Position numbers and translations under genes: made by a program. The notes below the pieces were generated by a model. That model saw nothing but the letters and a program-made list of their open reading frames with translations. It was not told where the DNA came from and did not search any database. Of a stretch of DNA of 64,000 bases, positions 8,036-17,412 are shown piece by piece. Source of the DNA: Patescibacteria group bacterium (GTDB lineage: Bacteria > Patescibacteriota > Patescibacteriia > UBA10025 > JAHIVO01); NCBI GenBank assembly GCA_041660605.1, contig JBAZWB010000001.1, positions 462,879 through 526,878 of the forward strand, in the 5' to 3' direction. Numbering within the stretch: position 1 is the first letter of the stretch; each line of letters opens with the position of its first letter.

Positions 8036-8053
8036 CCGCCCATGGGCGGGGAT
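8036..8053. repeat. REP-like perfect palindrome CCCCGCCCATGGGCGGGG
   Basis: 18-nt perfect palindrome of the same CCCCGCC/GGCGGGG family. Nearby direct repeats CGCTTCGCTTGGGTAC / CGCTTCGCTTGAGTGGGC. Confidence 0.5.
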
Positions 8054-8272
8054 CGCTCCTCTTCACTCCAATTTTACTACGATTACTCCGCAATGGGCGG
8101 GTTCAATAATGATGCAATTAAAATCTGGTTTCAATGCCATTAAAATTTTTTGTCGATTAGTTTTTCAAATTACCAATCGAGAAAATAAAAGTTATTTGCC
8201 TTTTTTATTTAGATGAGAGACAATTAATTTATAAATAACTAATCATTAAAGGGGTCGAAGGGGGAAATCATT

Positions 8273-10840
8273 ATGAACAAACAAAAAAATGGGCAGAAAA
8301 AATGCCTTTTTATTATGGTTAGCCTGGTCGTCCTGGGTTTTTTTGGTGTTTTATTTTTAACTCCGCAACCGGCGGCGGCTCAGGTAATGGACTGGACGCA
8401 AGTCGGCACCAGCGGCTTTGGTGACATTAATAATTATGTCATCTATACCTTAGTTGAGTATCAGGGGAATCTGTACACTGGTACGTCAAATTCAAATACC
8501 GGAGTGGAAATTTGGGAATTTGACGGTACGGACTGGACTCAAGTGAATACCGACGGTTTCGGCGATGTCAATAATGTTGAGAGCACCGCACTTATTGAAT
8601 TTGGCGGCAAACTTTTGGTTGGCACTACGAATGAGGTGACCGGACCTGAAGTTTGGAGCTATGACGGCACAGACTGGACGCAGATCAATACCGATGGTTT
8701 CGGCGATCCAACCAATAGTATGGCATATAATTTCAGCATTTTTCAGGATAAGCTTTACGCCGGAATTGCAAATTTGGCGACAGGTACGGAAATCTGGCAG
8801 TATGACGGCACAGACTGGACGCAGGTCAATACTGACGGATTCGGGAACGCCAGCAATAGCTACAGTATGGGTATGACAGAATATAATGGTAGTCTTTATG
8901 TGGGCACTTTTAGCTTAGTTCCAGCTCAGTCTGGAACGTTCTGGAAATTTGACGGCATAAACTGGACGCAGGTAGGTGATGATGGGTTTGGAAATGTTAA
9001 CAATGCGGGAATTTATGATGAAAAAGTTATTAGCGGCATCATGTATATTGCCACCAGGAACGATACGGAGGGAGCCGAGATATGGACATTTGACGGGACC
9101 GATCTAGTACAGCTAGAAAATGGCGGCTTTGGTGATGCCAATAATACTACAGCATTTAGTTTAGTAAAATACAATCATAAATTATTTGTCAGCACCACCA
9201 ATAACATTACCGGGACTGAAATTTGGTCCTATGACGGATCAACATGGGAGCAGGTGAATGAAGATGGTTTCGGCGATGCCGCCAATTTTAGCGGTCCTTT
9301 GCTGGCAACCAATGACGGCTGGCTATACGGAGGCACAATTCATTTTTTAAGCGGCGCGGAATTGTGGCGGGCAGAAGCGGCGGATACTGCCGGCCCGGCA
9401 ATCAGCGCGCAGTCGCCGGCTGAAGGATCAAATACAGCAGCGCAGGATACGAATATTTCATTTTCATTAACTGACGCAGGATTAGAAGTTGATAGCGCCA
9501 GCCTGAACGTTAGAGTAGCGGGCCAGGCCGCCATAACCGATGGTGAGTTTGCGGACGGTTTTTCCGGCACTATCACTAATGACGGCGCTTGGGGCTTTGA
9601 AGTCGAAATTAATCCAGACAGTAATTTCCTCAACGGTCAACAGGTTGCCGTTACAGTGGCAGTCAGCGATACACGGGGCAACCCAAGCAATCTTGACTGG
9701 ACTTTTAATATTATTGGCCGAAATTCTTTGGGAATCGTGATGACACCGGCCTCCAAAGGCGGCCCGAATGTCCGGGTGGTTGACTCGGCTGGCCAGCAGA
9801 TTTCCTCTTTCTTTGCCTATGATTCCACATTACGTATGGGCCTACAGGTTGAACAAGCGGATATTGATGGCGATCAGACTAATGAGATTGTAGTCACACC
9901 GGGGCAAGGCGTGGAATCGCGCATTAAAGCCTTTGAATTAAATGGACAGGAAATTGCCTCGACCCTGACTTATAATGAAGGTTTTACAGGCGGTGTAGCT
10001 CTGACTACCGGAGATTTTAACGGCGATGGCAGGGAAGAAATCGTAGTCGCGCCAATATCCAGCGGCGGGCCGAATGTCCGTTTGTATGCCTTAAACGCTG
10101 CGGGTGACGGCTTTACTTTGCTGGATTGGTTTTTTGCTTATCAGGAAGGCTTTCGCGGCGGTGTAAATCTGGCAGCCGGCGATATTATCGGGCACGATGG
10201 GATTGACGAACTGGTGGTTACTCCGCGCGGGCAGGGCGGCCCGAATGTCCGGGTTTATCATTACAATACGGTGACAGGAAATTTTGAGCTGGTTGACTGG
10301 GTCATGGCATACGCAGCCGGCTACCACGGCGGTGTGCAGGTAGCCACCGGCGACATTAACGGCGACGGACAAGATGACATTATCGTTTCGCCTTATCTGA
10401 ACGGCGGTCCGAATATCCGCGTTTATACAATTAACGAAGATTCAAAACTAGAACTCTTAAGCTGGGTCATGGCTTACCAAAATTCATATCGCGGCACACT
10501 CTCCATGTCAGTCGGGGATATTGACGGCGACGGATTGGGAGAAATCGTCCTGGCACCGAAAACGCTTGGCGGCCCCAACGTACGAATTTATCGCTATGAG
10601 AATGGAGCATTATCTTTGGTTGACTGGTTTCTGCCGTATGACGAAGGTTTCCGCGGAGGCGTGAATTTATTTGTCGGCGATACTGACGGCGATAATATGG
10701 CGGAAGTGATTACCTCGCCGGCTTCCCAGGGGGGACCGAATGTCCGCGTCTATGACCTGGATTCCGGCACCCGGATTCTGAAAAGCTGGTTCTGGGCCTT
10801 CCCCCAGGGTTTTCGCGGCGGGGTGAATTTCGGGAAGTAG
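8273..10840 (+). CDS. large secreted repeat protein: about eight ~50-aa DGTDWTQVNTDGFGD repeats, Ig-like middle, seven FG-GAP/VCBS-like repeats
   Basis: Signal/TM N-terminus; tandem repeats visible at DNA level; C-terminal GDxxGDGxxE...GGPNVRVY units. Confidence 0.7.
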   Translation: MNKQKNGQKKCLFIMVSLVVLGFFGVLFLTPQPAAAQVMDWTQVGTSGFGDINNYVIYTLVEYQGNLYTGTSNSNTGVEIWEFDGTDWTQVNTDGFGDVNNVESTALIEFGGKLLVGTTNEVTGPEVWSYDGTDWTQINTDGFGDPTNSMAYNFSIFQDKLYAGIANLATGTEIWQYDGTDWTQVNTDGFGNASNSYSMGMTEYNGSLYVGTFSLVPAQSGTFWKFDGINWTQVGDDGFGNVNNAGIYDEKVISGIMYIATRNDTEGAEIWTFDGTDLVQLENGGFGDANNTTAFSLVKYNHKLFVSTTNNITGTEIWSYDGSTWEQVNEDGFGDAANFSGPLLATNDGWLYGGTIHFLSGAELWRAEAADTAGPAISAQSPAEGSNTAAQDTNISFSLTDAGLEVDSASLNVRVAGQAAITDGEFADGFSGTITNDGAWGFEVEINPDSNFLNGQQVAVTVAVSDTRGNPSNLDWTFNIIGRNSLGIVMTPASKGGPNVRVVDSAGQQISSFFAYDSTLRMGLQVEQADIDGDQTNEIVVTPGQGVESRIKAFELNGQEIASTLTYNEGFTGGVALTTGDFNGDGREEIVVAPISSGGPNVRLYALNAAGDGFTLLDWFFAYQEGFRGGVNLAAGDIIGHDGIDELVVTPRGQGGPNVRVYHYNTVTGNFELVDWVMAYAAGYHGGVQVATGDINGDGQDDIIVSPYLNGGPNIRVYTINEDSKLELLSWVMAYQNSYRGTLSMSVGDIDGDGLGEIVLAPKTLGGPNVRIYRYENGALSLVDWFLPYDEGFRGGVNLFVGDTDGDNMAEVITSPASQGGPNVRVYDLDSGTRILKSWFWAFPQGFRGGVNFGK

Positions 10841-10916
10841 GACAGGTTTTTAGTAATAAAAAAAGGCCGTAGGTGCATGGACCTACGACCGTTAGATTGT
10901 TGTTGTGTGATTTGGA

Positions 10917-12437
10917 TCAGAGGGACACTCCGTAAAGTGTTCCGAACTTTTTCGTGATATATTCCTTCCAGTATCTTGCCGTCAGCGGTTCGCCGGTGGC
11001 TTTCGTCAGGACGCTGTTCAGGGAATCGACATGTCCGGTGGGGTAAATATTACCGCTCAGCCAAGTACGAAGATTGGCGAATTTTCCCGTTGCGAAATCT
11101 GCTTCATATTCCGGGTCAATCTTGGTAAAGGCGGCGAATTCCTGGGCGCTGGCCAGCGTTCCCAGGGTATAGGTGCCGAAATAGCCGAAATATCCCGATC
11201 CCCAGTGAATATCCTGAAGAGCGCCTTCTTTCGGATCTGTTGGCCGGTAGTCGACGTACTTCTCTACCAGGTTGGCGAAAACATCAGGAATATCAGCGAC
11301 CGATATTTGGTCGGAAAGCAGGAGCTGCTCGATTTTGAAGCGGACAAGGATATGCCCATGGTATGTCAGCTCGTCAGCCTCCACGCGGATTCCGCTGGGC
11401 CTGACCAGGTTGATGGCCCTGTAGAATTCCTCCAGTGGGACATTCTGGAATTCGCGGAACATCAGCTGAAGGTGTGGGTAGAAGTATTTCCAGAAACTCC
11501 AAGAACGGCAGACCATGTTTTCCCACAACCGGGACTGCGATTCATGCAGAGCCATCGAGAGAAACATACTGCTGTTATCAAATCCCCAGAAAAGATCCGG
11601 TGCGCCTTGTTCAAGCATGGCATGTCCGGCTTCGTGCGCTGTGCCGAATATGCCGGCAGCCAGGTAGTTTGGGTAAAATCTGGTGGCAATGCGGTGGTCT
11701 CCGGCGCAAATGGTACTGGCAAAAGGATGGGCGGCTATTGCCAGGGATCCACGCTTGAAATCATAGCCGATAACCGTAGCCAGATATTCAGCCAGTTGCC
11801 GTTGCTTGTCAGTCGGGAAACAGCCGCGCAAAACCGCGTCAGAGCGATTTGCGCCAGCACCTGTTATTGTCTGAATGGTTTTTCCCAGCCATTCGCCGAG
11901 ATCATCCAATACCTGGAGAACTTCCGCGGTAGTCGCGCCAGGTTCGAATTGTCCGAGCAGCGCGTTCGAAATTGAGTCAGGTTCGCCGGGATCAGCGCCA
12001 AGAAGAGCCGCTTCTTCTTTCGCCAGAGTGAGGACATGCGTCAATTCGGGCGCGAAGAGCGTGAAATTTCCCTCAGCGCGCGCTCTGGTCCAGACATTCG
12101 TGGCTTTGGCATGAGCCTGGTTGCGTCGTTCGACAAAATCAGCTGGCAGGGCGAGAGCGCGATTAAGGCAGAGGCGCAGACGCTTAACTAGCAATGCCTC
12201 AAACGGGGACAGTTCTTTGGTGGCAGTTTCGCATCGTCCAAGTGCGTCACTTACCGCGCTTGAAGTAAAGGCTTCGTGTGCCAATTTTGTAGCGAAAGCG
12301 GATCGTCTTTCCGAGTCTTTTTCGCCTCCGACTGGCCGGCCTGTTCTCGCGTCATAATTCGATAGGGCGGCTAGTTGGCTTAATAGATTTGCCGATTCGA
12401 GTACGGCAGTTAACTTGTCAACGTTCGGATGTGCCAC
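10917..12437 (-). CDS. M32 family carboxypeptidase (Taq-like)
   Basis: HPFASTICAGDHRIATRF, HEAGHAMLEQG (HExxH) and IHWGSGYFGYFGTYTLG motifs; gene visibly GC-richer than neighbours. Confidence 0.8.
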   Translation of the reverse strand: MAHPNVDKLTAVLESANLLSQLAALSNYDARTGRPVGGEKDSERRSAFATKLAHEAFTSSAVSDALGRCETATKELSPFEALLVKRLRLCLNRALALPADFVERRNQAHAKATNVWTRARAEGNFTLFAPELTHVLTLAKEEAALLGADPGEPDSISNALLGQFEPGATTAEVLQVLDDLGEWLGKTIQTITGAGANRSDAVLRGCFPTDKQRQLAEYLATVIGYDFKRGSLAIAAHPFASTICAGDHRIATRFYPNYLAAGIFGTAHEAGHAMLEQGAPDLFWGFDNSSMFLSMALHESQSRLWENMVCRSWSFWKYFYPHLQLMFREFQNVPLEEFYRAINLVRPSGIRVEADELTYHGHILVRFKIEQLLLSDQISVADIPDVFANLVEKYVDYRPTDPKEGALQDIHWGSGYFGYFGTYTLGTLASAQEFAAFTKIDPEYEADFATGKFANLRTWLSGNIYPTGHVDSLNSVLTKATGEPLTARYWKEYITKKFGTLYGVSL

Positions 12438-12598
12438 AGAATACCTCCTTGCTGTGGATAGTTTTCGATTTGTTCGGTTTTTGTTTCGGTTAAATTTATT
12501 AGCTTAGCTTACTTATAAATAAGCTATATGTCAAGTATAAATTCAAAAAAAGAGAAGGCCGCCCAGAGGGTGACCTTCATAAAACTCGTGTGGAAAGC

Positions 12599-12808
12599 TT
12601 AAGTACCTTCGTTTACTTCCTGAAAGTGCGTCATGAAATTGACGCCTTTCATGTCGTGCGTTCGCGTCGATAGGATGATAGTGTAGAGTGTCGTTCCCAG
12701 CACGCCTTTTTTCCAGTCGACCCGATATACTTCACCGACTGTTATGTCGGTGTACGCTTGAAATGCCTTGGTGCATGTGGCTCTAAAAGTGCCTACTTCA
12801 GTTTCCAT
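12599..12808 (-). CDS. small hypothetical protein, paralog A
   Basis: Shares TF+A+C.KA...VG.VY.VD pattern with the adjacent 12855..13070 ORF. Confidence 0.4.
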   Translation of the reverse strand: METEVGTFRATCTKAFQAYTDITVGEVYRVDWKKGVLGTTLYTIILSTRTHDMKGVNFMTHFQEVNEGT

Positions 12809-12854
12809 ATTTTCTCCATCGGATGTATTATGGGTTTCTTCCCTGCTAGTAAGA

Positions 12855-13070
12855 CTAGACTCTCACGAAGTGTTCAGCGTAGCCATTATCACTGAAGTTA
12901 TGTGAGTGCCCCGGCTCGTGGTCAATAGCGAAATTTGTTGAGGCAGATCCGGTACCAACCGATTTGACATCGTATACCGTGCCGACAATAAAATCTGAGC
13001 GTCTTGATACTGCCTTGATACATTTTGCCTTAAAGGTGCTTTGCTCACCTTGCATGATCTCCTCCATCAA
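12855..13070 (-). CDS. small hypothetical protein, paralog B
   Basis: Tandem paralog of 12599..12808. Confidence 0.4.
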   Translation of the reverse strand: MMEEIMQGEQSTFKAKCIKAVSRRSDFIVGTVYDVKSVGTGSASTNFAIDHEPGHSHNFSDNGYAEHFVRV

Positions 13071-13368
13071 AAAGATAAAAATAAATGTACTACTCCTTAA
13101 ATTAAATCAGTATAATTTGGTTTGGACGCGTTGTCAATAGTTCCTGAGGTTTTTATCCACGCAGGTTATGTCCTATATCCTGAAACTAGTTCAGGATGAC
13201 AATAAAGGTTAACTAGCATTTGTCACCCTGAATTTATTTCAGGGTATAGAGTTAATATGTACTGAAAACAGAAGGACATAACCTATTGTTATTACGCAAC
13301 TTAACCAAATCTTCATTGTTTTTATGATATACTATTAACATATGAGATTGATAATTTAAATAAATATT

Positions 13369-13710
13369 ATGTCATTTAAAACAGTAGTCCAAACCAGCGA
13401 AGTGCCGGTTGGAACCATGAAGCGATTGAATACCGGGGATCAGGAAATCCTCGTTGCCAATGTCGGCGGCTCTTTTTACGCCATTAATAATAAGTGTCCG
13501 CATATGGGAGGATCGCTGGCAGACGGGAAGCTTGATGGCAGTATTGTCCATTGCCCTCGCCATGGATCTATGTTCGACGTGAAAACCGGCAAGAACGTCA
13601 AAGGCGCCAAGATCGCTTTTGTGAAAATGAAGGTCAAAGACACTATGTGCTATCCGGTTCAGGTATCCGGGACGGATGTTCTGGTGGATATTGAGGGGGG
13701 AGTAAATTAA
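13369..13710 (+). CDS. Rieske [2Fe-2S] domain protein
   Basis: CPHMGGSL...x17...CPRHGSMF matches CxH...CxxH Rieske ligands. Confidence 0.75.
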   Translation: MSFKTVVQTSEVPVGTMKRLNTGDQEILVANVGGSFYAINNKCPHMGGSLADGKLDGSIVHCPRHGSMFDVKTGKNVKGAKIAFVKMKVKDTMCYPVQVSGTDVLVDIEGGVN

Positions 13711-13871
13711 ATAATCAATTTTCCAATTTCCAAGTCCCAAACAATATTCAATGATCTAATGTTCAATTGATAGTTAGAAATTTTCTGAGTTTTTTGGTGG
13801 AGGGGGTTGTTTTTGTTATCAATTAGGTTAAAATTAAGGTATAAAGGATTTTAAAAGTAATCAAAACACTT

Positions 13872-14666
13872 ATGGACAACATACTTGAGCCAAAAACAGA
13901 AGACCGCCGTTTTATCAAGTTGCGGCGTTTTAATTTAATAATGGCGGTTTTGCATTTTGTCCAGGGAATCGTCATGCTGGTTTTAAGCACGGATTTTTCC
14001 CTGCCAGTCACCTCCGCTTTTCTCAAATTTAATACTGCCTCGCAGGCACTCCAGCCAAGTTTGCACACACTATTTAATCTGCGCATCGGGCCATTAGTGG
14101 CTGGATTTCTTTTTATCTCGGCTTTGGCTCACGCCCTGATTTCAATCTGCCCTGGCATTAACCGGTGGTATAATCGCAATTTAGCCAAAGGCATTAATCT
14201 GGCCCGCTGGATGGAATACGCATTCAGTTCTTCACTGATGATCGTTGTCATCGCCATGCTGGTGGGCATTTATGACATAGTCAGTTTGTTGGCGATATTT
14301 TTCCTAAACGCCATGATGATATTATTCGGCTGGATAATGGAAGTGCATAACCAGACCACCCAAAAGACCAACTGGATCTCGTTTTGGTTCGGTAGCCTGG
14401 CCGGGTTTATTACCTGGGTGGCTGTGGCCATTTATTTATTCGGTTCCGGCGAGCCGGGGATGAGAGCACCGACGTTTGTCTATTGGATTTATTTTTCCAT
14501 ATTCCTGTTTTTCAACTGTTTTGCCATTAACATGATTTTGCAGTATAAGAAAGCGGGTAAGTGGCGGGATTACCTTTACGGCGAACGAGCTTATATCATC
14601 CTCAGCCTGGTCGCCAAGTCATTACTGGCCTGGCAGGTTTTTTTCGGCACTTTGCGGCCGGTTTGA
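13872..14666 (+). CDS. heliorhodopsin
   Basis: 7-TM protein collinear with HeR 48C12: RWMEYAFSSSLMIVVIA, AIFFLNAMMILFGW, FWFGSLAGFITW, GERAYIILSLVAKSLLAWQVFFGTL, including the TM7 lysine. Confidence 0.85.
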   Translation: MDNILEPKTEDRRFIKLRRFNLIMAVLHFVQGIVMLVLSTDFSLPVTSAFLKFNTASQALQPSLHTLFNLRIGPLVAGFLFISALAHALISICPGINRWYNRNLAKGINLARWMEYAFSSSLMIVVIAMLVGIYDIVSLLAIFFLNAMMILFGWIMEVHNQTTQKTNWISFWFGSLAGFITWVAVAIYLFGSGEPGMRAPTFVYWIYFSIFLFFNCFAINMILQYKKAGKWRDYLYGERAYIILSLVAKSLLAWQVFFGTLRPV

Positions 14667-14707
14667 TTTTTGAATATTAATCCACCCGCCTTGTTTTAGC
14701 CCTAATA

Positions 14708-16072
14708 TTGGCTTATAATAAACTTGGAGCAAACAGTAATTATATTGCTATGAAAAATACTAACTTATTTTTATACGGCATAATATTAGTGGCGTTGCTG
14801 TTTTTTGGTTATGCGCCAACGACTCAGGCCGCCATCGACGATTGTCCCGCTGGTTATGAATGGCAGCGGATGAGCGGGGTGGGTTGTGTGCAGATAAACT
14901 GCGCCACGGTTCCGGACGGGCATTATTCATATACCAGCCAGTGCATCTGCGGCTCTTCGGGCAGTGAGTGGGAAAACGCCGCAGATCCCAATAAAGAGTG
15001 CAATTATTCCCACGATTATGCCAGTTGTCCGAATTGCCTTTATGCCTGCGTGCATTTGAATGAAGAATGCCCGGCTGCACCCGGTGATGCTACTACGAAT
15101 ACTAATACGGTAAGTACGAATAAAAATATTAATATAGTATTGAATTCAAACACGGCAGTCAACACCAGCGCCTCTGCCAATCAGAATGTTAATCTGCTCC
15201 TGGCTAATACCGCCCTGCCTTCGCTGTCCATGCCTGCTATCACCAACAACGGTTCTTGTACAGATGAATGCAATAAATATTTACGGGATAAGAAAAATGC
15301 CGTAGTGGTTTCAGCTGAAGGGGTGTTTCCCGACTGCCAGTGCCAGATAGACGTGCGGGATGAGAATGGCACGCTGACCCAGACCATTTCCTCAGACGGA
15401 CCGGTGGTGACTACTTATACTTATGATTCATCAGGCGCGCTGACTGATAAGAGCGTCATCAACCGCACCGAAGAAGTGGAGAAAGTCCGCAAGCGCCTGG
15501 GCTATAAATACACCGAGGAGCAAATAGATAAGCTGCTGGATCCGACAGTGATAGATAAATGGTTTCAGGATCAAACCGGCAAGATTGTCACTGCCACTGG
15601 CTTGAGTGAGCCGCAATTCTGGTGGCAGCATTTCGTGGCCGTGCTGGACCACGGTTTTGGGGGCAACAGCGCTGATTTTGTGGATACGCACAATTTCGGA
15701 CGCTGTGGAGATTCCATGCAGTGGCTGGAACGCGATCTCGTCAGCCAGCTGCACTTGGGAGATGACCCTGAAGAGCCGGGACAGAAGCACGAGGCCATCC
15801 TGTCCATTACCGGAGAAAAATACGGCAATTTTTTAAATCACACCTCGATTTTAGTGAGACCGGCCGGCATAACGAATTCTGAATGGGAAGATATTGTTAA
15901 AGAGCTGAAAAAGCTATCCGGCGGTCAGGAAGATAATCCGGGCATCCAGCCGAATAATCTCCAAAACGTCGATCCGCGTCTGATGGACGCGAAAGTATTG
16001 GATCCATATAAAAAGCAGATCACCACCGTACGGGAGTTCATCAAAGGATGGTCTTACATCCGGATCAGCTAA
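14708..16072 (+). CDS. secreted Cys-rich protein with N/T-rich linker, unknown function
   Basis: Signal/TM after the internal Met (14750), 14 Cys in the first ~110 residues, then a low-complexity linker and a C-terminal domain. Confidence 0.5.
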   Translation: MAYNKLGANSNYIAMKNTNLFLYGIILVALLFFGYAPTTQAAIDDCPAGYEWQRMSGVGCVQINCATVPDGHYSYTSQCICGSSGSEWENAADPNKECNYSHDYASCPNCLYACVHLNEECPAAPGDATTNTNTVSTNKNINIVLNSNTAVNTSASANQNVNLLLANTALPSLSMPAITNNGSCTDECNKYLRDKKNAVVVSAEGVFPDCQCQIDVRDENGTLTQTISSDGPVVTTYTYDSSGALTDKSVINRTEEVEKVRKRLGYKYTEEQIDKLLDPTVIDKWFQDQTGKIVTATGLSEPQFWWQHFVAVLDHGFGGNSADFVDTHNFGRCGDSMQWLERDLVSQLHLGDDPEEPGQKHEAILSITGEKYGNFLNHTSILVRPAGITNSEWEDIVKELKKLSGGQEDNPGIQPNNLQNVDPRLMDAKVLDPYKKQITTVREFIKGWSYIRIS

Positions 16073-16082
16073 TTAGAAATTT

Positions 16083-16580
16083 ATGCTGAAAAAATTATTT
16101 AAATTTATTTTATTCTTGATCCCGACATTAGCGATAATTTTAATTGTGGCTTACGTGGTTTTTAATCATGTGCCGGTCTCAACCTATGCGGTACAAGAAA
16201 CAAACCCGCAAGACCAGTGGGGGACTATCACTGGTTCATTAAGCTATCCCAGCGAAACTATTCCGCCAATGGGCATCTGCGCCAAATCAGTAAAAGGCGT
16301 GGAAATGTTCTGCACTTATAAAATGATTCAGGACGATAAATACGCCAATAGCTATGGTTATGAATTGTCCGTGCCGCCGGACAATTATTATGTTTTTGCC
16401 CATCTGATAACAGCCGGCAAAGAAAATATCGGTTATACGGATGAGTACCAGGCATATTATTCCAAATTCGTAACCTGCGGCCAGCTGGTTGAGTGCACTT
16501 CGCATAAGGCAATTAAGGTGGAAGTTTCGAATAATCAAAAAATTGATGATATCGACCCCGTTGATTGGTATAACACATGA
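16083..16580 (+). CDS. membrane-anchored hypothetical protein
   Basis: N-terminal TM helix, ORF. Confidence 0.45.
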   Translation: MLKKLFKFILFLIPTLAIILIVAYVVFNHVPVSTYAVQETNPQDQWGTITGSLSYPSETIPPMGICAKSVKGVEMFCTYKMIQDDKYANSYGYELSVPPDNYYVFAHLITAGKENIGYTDEYQAYYSKFVTCGQLVECTSHKAIKVEVSNNQKIDDIDPVDWYNT

Positions 16581-16712
16581 GAAGGCAACCAAAGGTTTCC
16601 TTCTCATCGCTTATCCTTCCATATTGATATCGCTCACCTTGGGACCTCCCGCCCGACTGCTTCGCATTCGAAGCGGGCGCGGTATAACCCAAGGTTCGCG
16701 ATGATTTAATTT
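16580..16712. repeat. MITE-like structured repeat, copy 1
   Basis: GAAGGCAACCAAAGGTTTCCTTC hairpin, ATCGCTCACCTTGGG...CCCAAGGTTCGCGAT long stem, ends CGCGATGATTTAATTTA. Paralogous to 17259-17362. Confidence 0.5.
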
Positions 16713-16735
16713 AAAAATTATTAAATAATCGGCTA

Positions 16736-16948
16736 ATGGATAATCAAGGAAATTTAACTGTAAAAACGTTGGCCATAAAAAAATGGTTGGTGTGGTTTAT
16801 CGTAATCGTTGTTTTAGGTGCAATATTATTTATCCCTTATTTGCGCATCCCGGCCAAGTGCATTCCTTGTCCATCTGAGATGACTTACTGTCCGCCTTGC
16901 CCGACGTATAACCAGAGTCTGGCCGGGTATTTGAGGGATAAATTATAA
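16736..16948 (+). CDS. small membrane protein with CxxC pairs
   Basis: TM helix then CIPCPSEMTYCPPCP. Confidence 0.3.
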   Translation: MDNQGNLTVKTLAIKKWLVWFIVIVVLGAILFIPYLRIPAKCIPCPSEMTYCPPCPTYNQSLAGYLRDKL

Positions 16949-17163
16949 GTAAATATATTCTCCGAGCGCAGGCGTCTCTGCCTGCGCTCACTTGCCCACC
17001 TGGTCGCGCACCCACAGAGGGGTGCGCTCGGGATTGGAAGATTTCGGTATGCACCCTTGTCCAGAGCGGGTCCCCGCCTGCGTTGCCAGTGCGGCGGGCA
17101 GGTCTGTGCCAGCGATGTGCTCGTTTCAGCATCTCAAATTTACTCGCGAGTAAAGTATGATAT

Positions 17164-17253
17164 TATTAATATATGCCCGATTTCAAGCCAACCAACGAAG
17201 ACTTCCAACATATCAAGGAGAAAATCGTTGATTATCTCTCGCGTCAGGGGTTT
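17164..17253 (+). pseudogene. duplicated 5' fragment of recX
   Basis: MPDFKPTNEDFQHIKEKIVDYLSRQGFSL*. A 44-nt stretch is identical to 17446-17489 of the intact gene, then a repeat element follows. Confidence 0.5.
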
Positions 17254-17258
17254 TCCTT

Positions 17259-17362
17259 ATGAAGGGACACCTACGGTTTCCCTTCATCGCTACTTTTCCC
17301 TTAGTTGTATCGCTCGCTCCGGGGCCCACGAGACCCGTGAGCTCGCGATGATTTATTTATAA
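17259..17362. repeat. MITE-like structured repeat, copy 2
   Basis: GAAGGGACACCTACGGTTTCCCTTC hairpin + ATCGC...GCGAT stem + CGCGATGATTTATTTA terminus. Confidence 0.5.
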
Positions 17363-17412
17363 AATGGAAAAGGTAATATTTTGGTTTATACTAAAAATTT
17401 TTTAATTAACGT

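Noticed and set aside
8661-8876. 71-aa ORF inside the giant repeat protein gene
   Set aside because: Artefact of the tandem DNA repeats read in another frame.
11031-11975. 314-aa ORF antisense to the M32 carboxypeptidase gene, and similar antisense ORFs at 49558..50403, 41232..41819 and 36099..37136
   Set aside because: Open antisense frames inside GC-richer genes are expected by chance; the sense-strand proteins have clear family signatures.
14750-14752. Alternative start (ATG 14750) for the secreted Cys-rich protein
   Set aside because: Neither 14708 nor 14750 has a convincing RBS at proper spacing; kept the longer ORF but the signal peptide begins after Met15, so the true start is uncertain.
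17057-17362. ORF-track CDS spanning the recX fragment and repeat copy 2; also 16489..16704 over repeat copy 1
   Set aside because: These ORFs run across structured repeat elements and a truncated gene duplicate; no coding signal.
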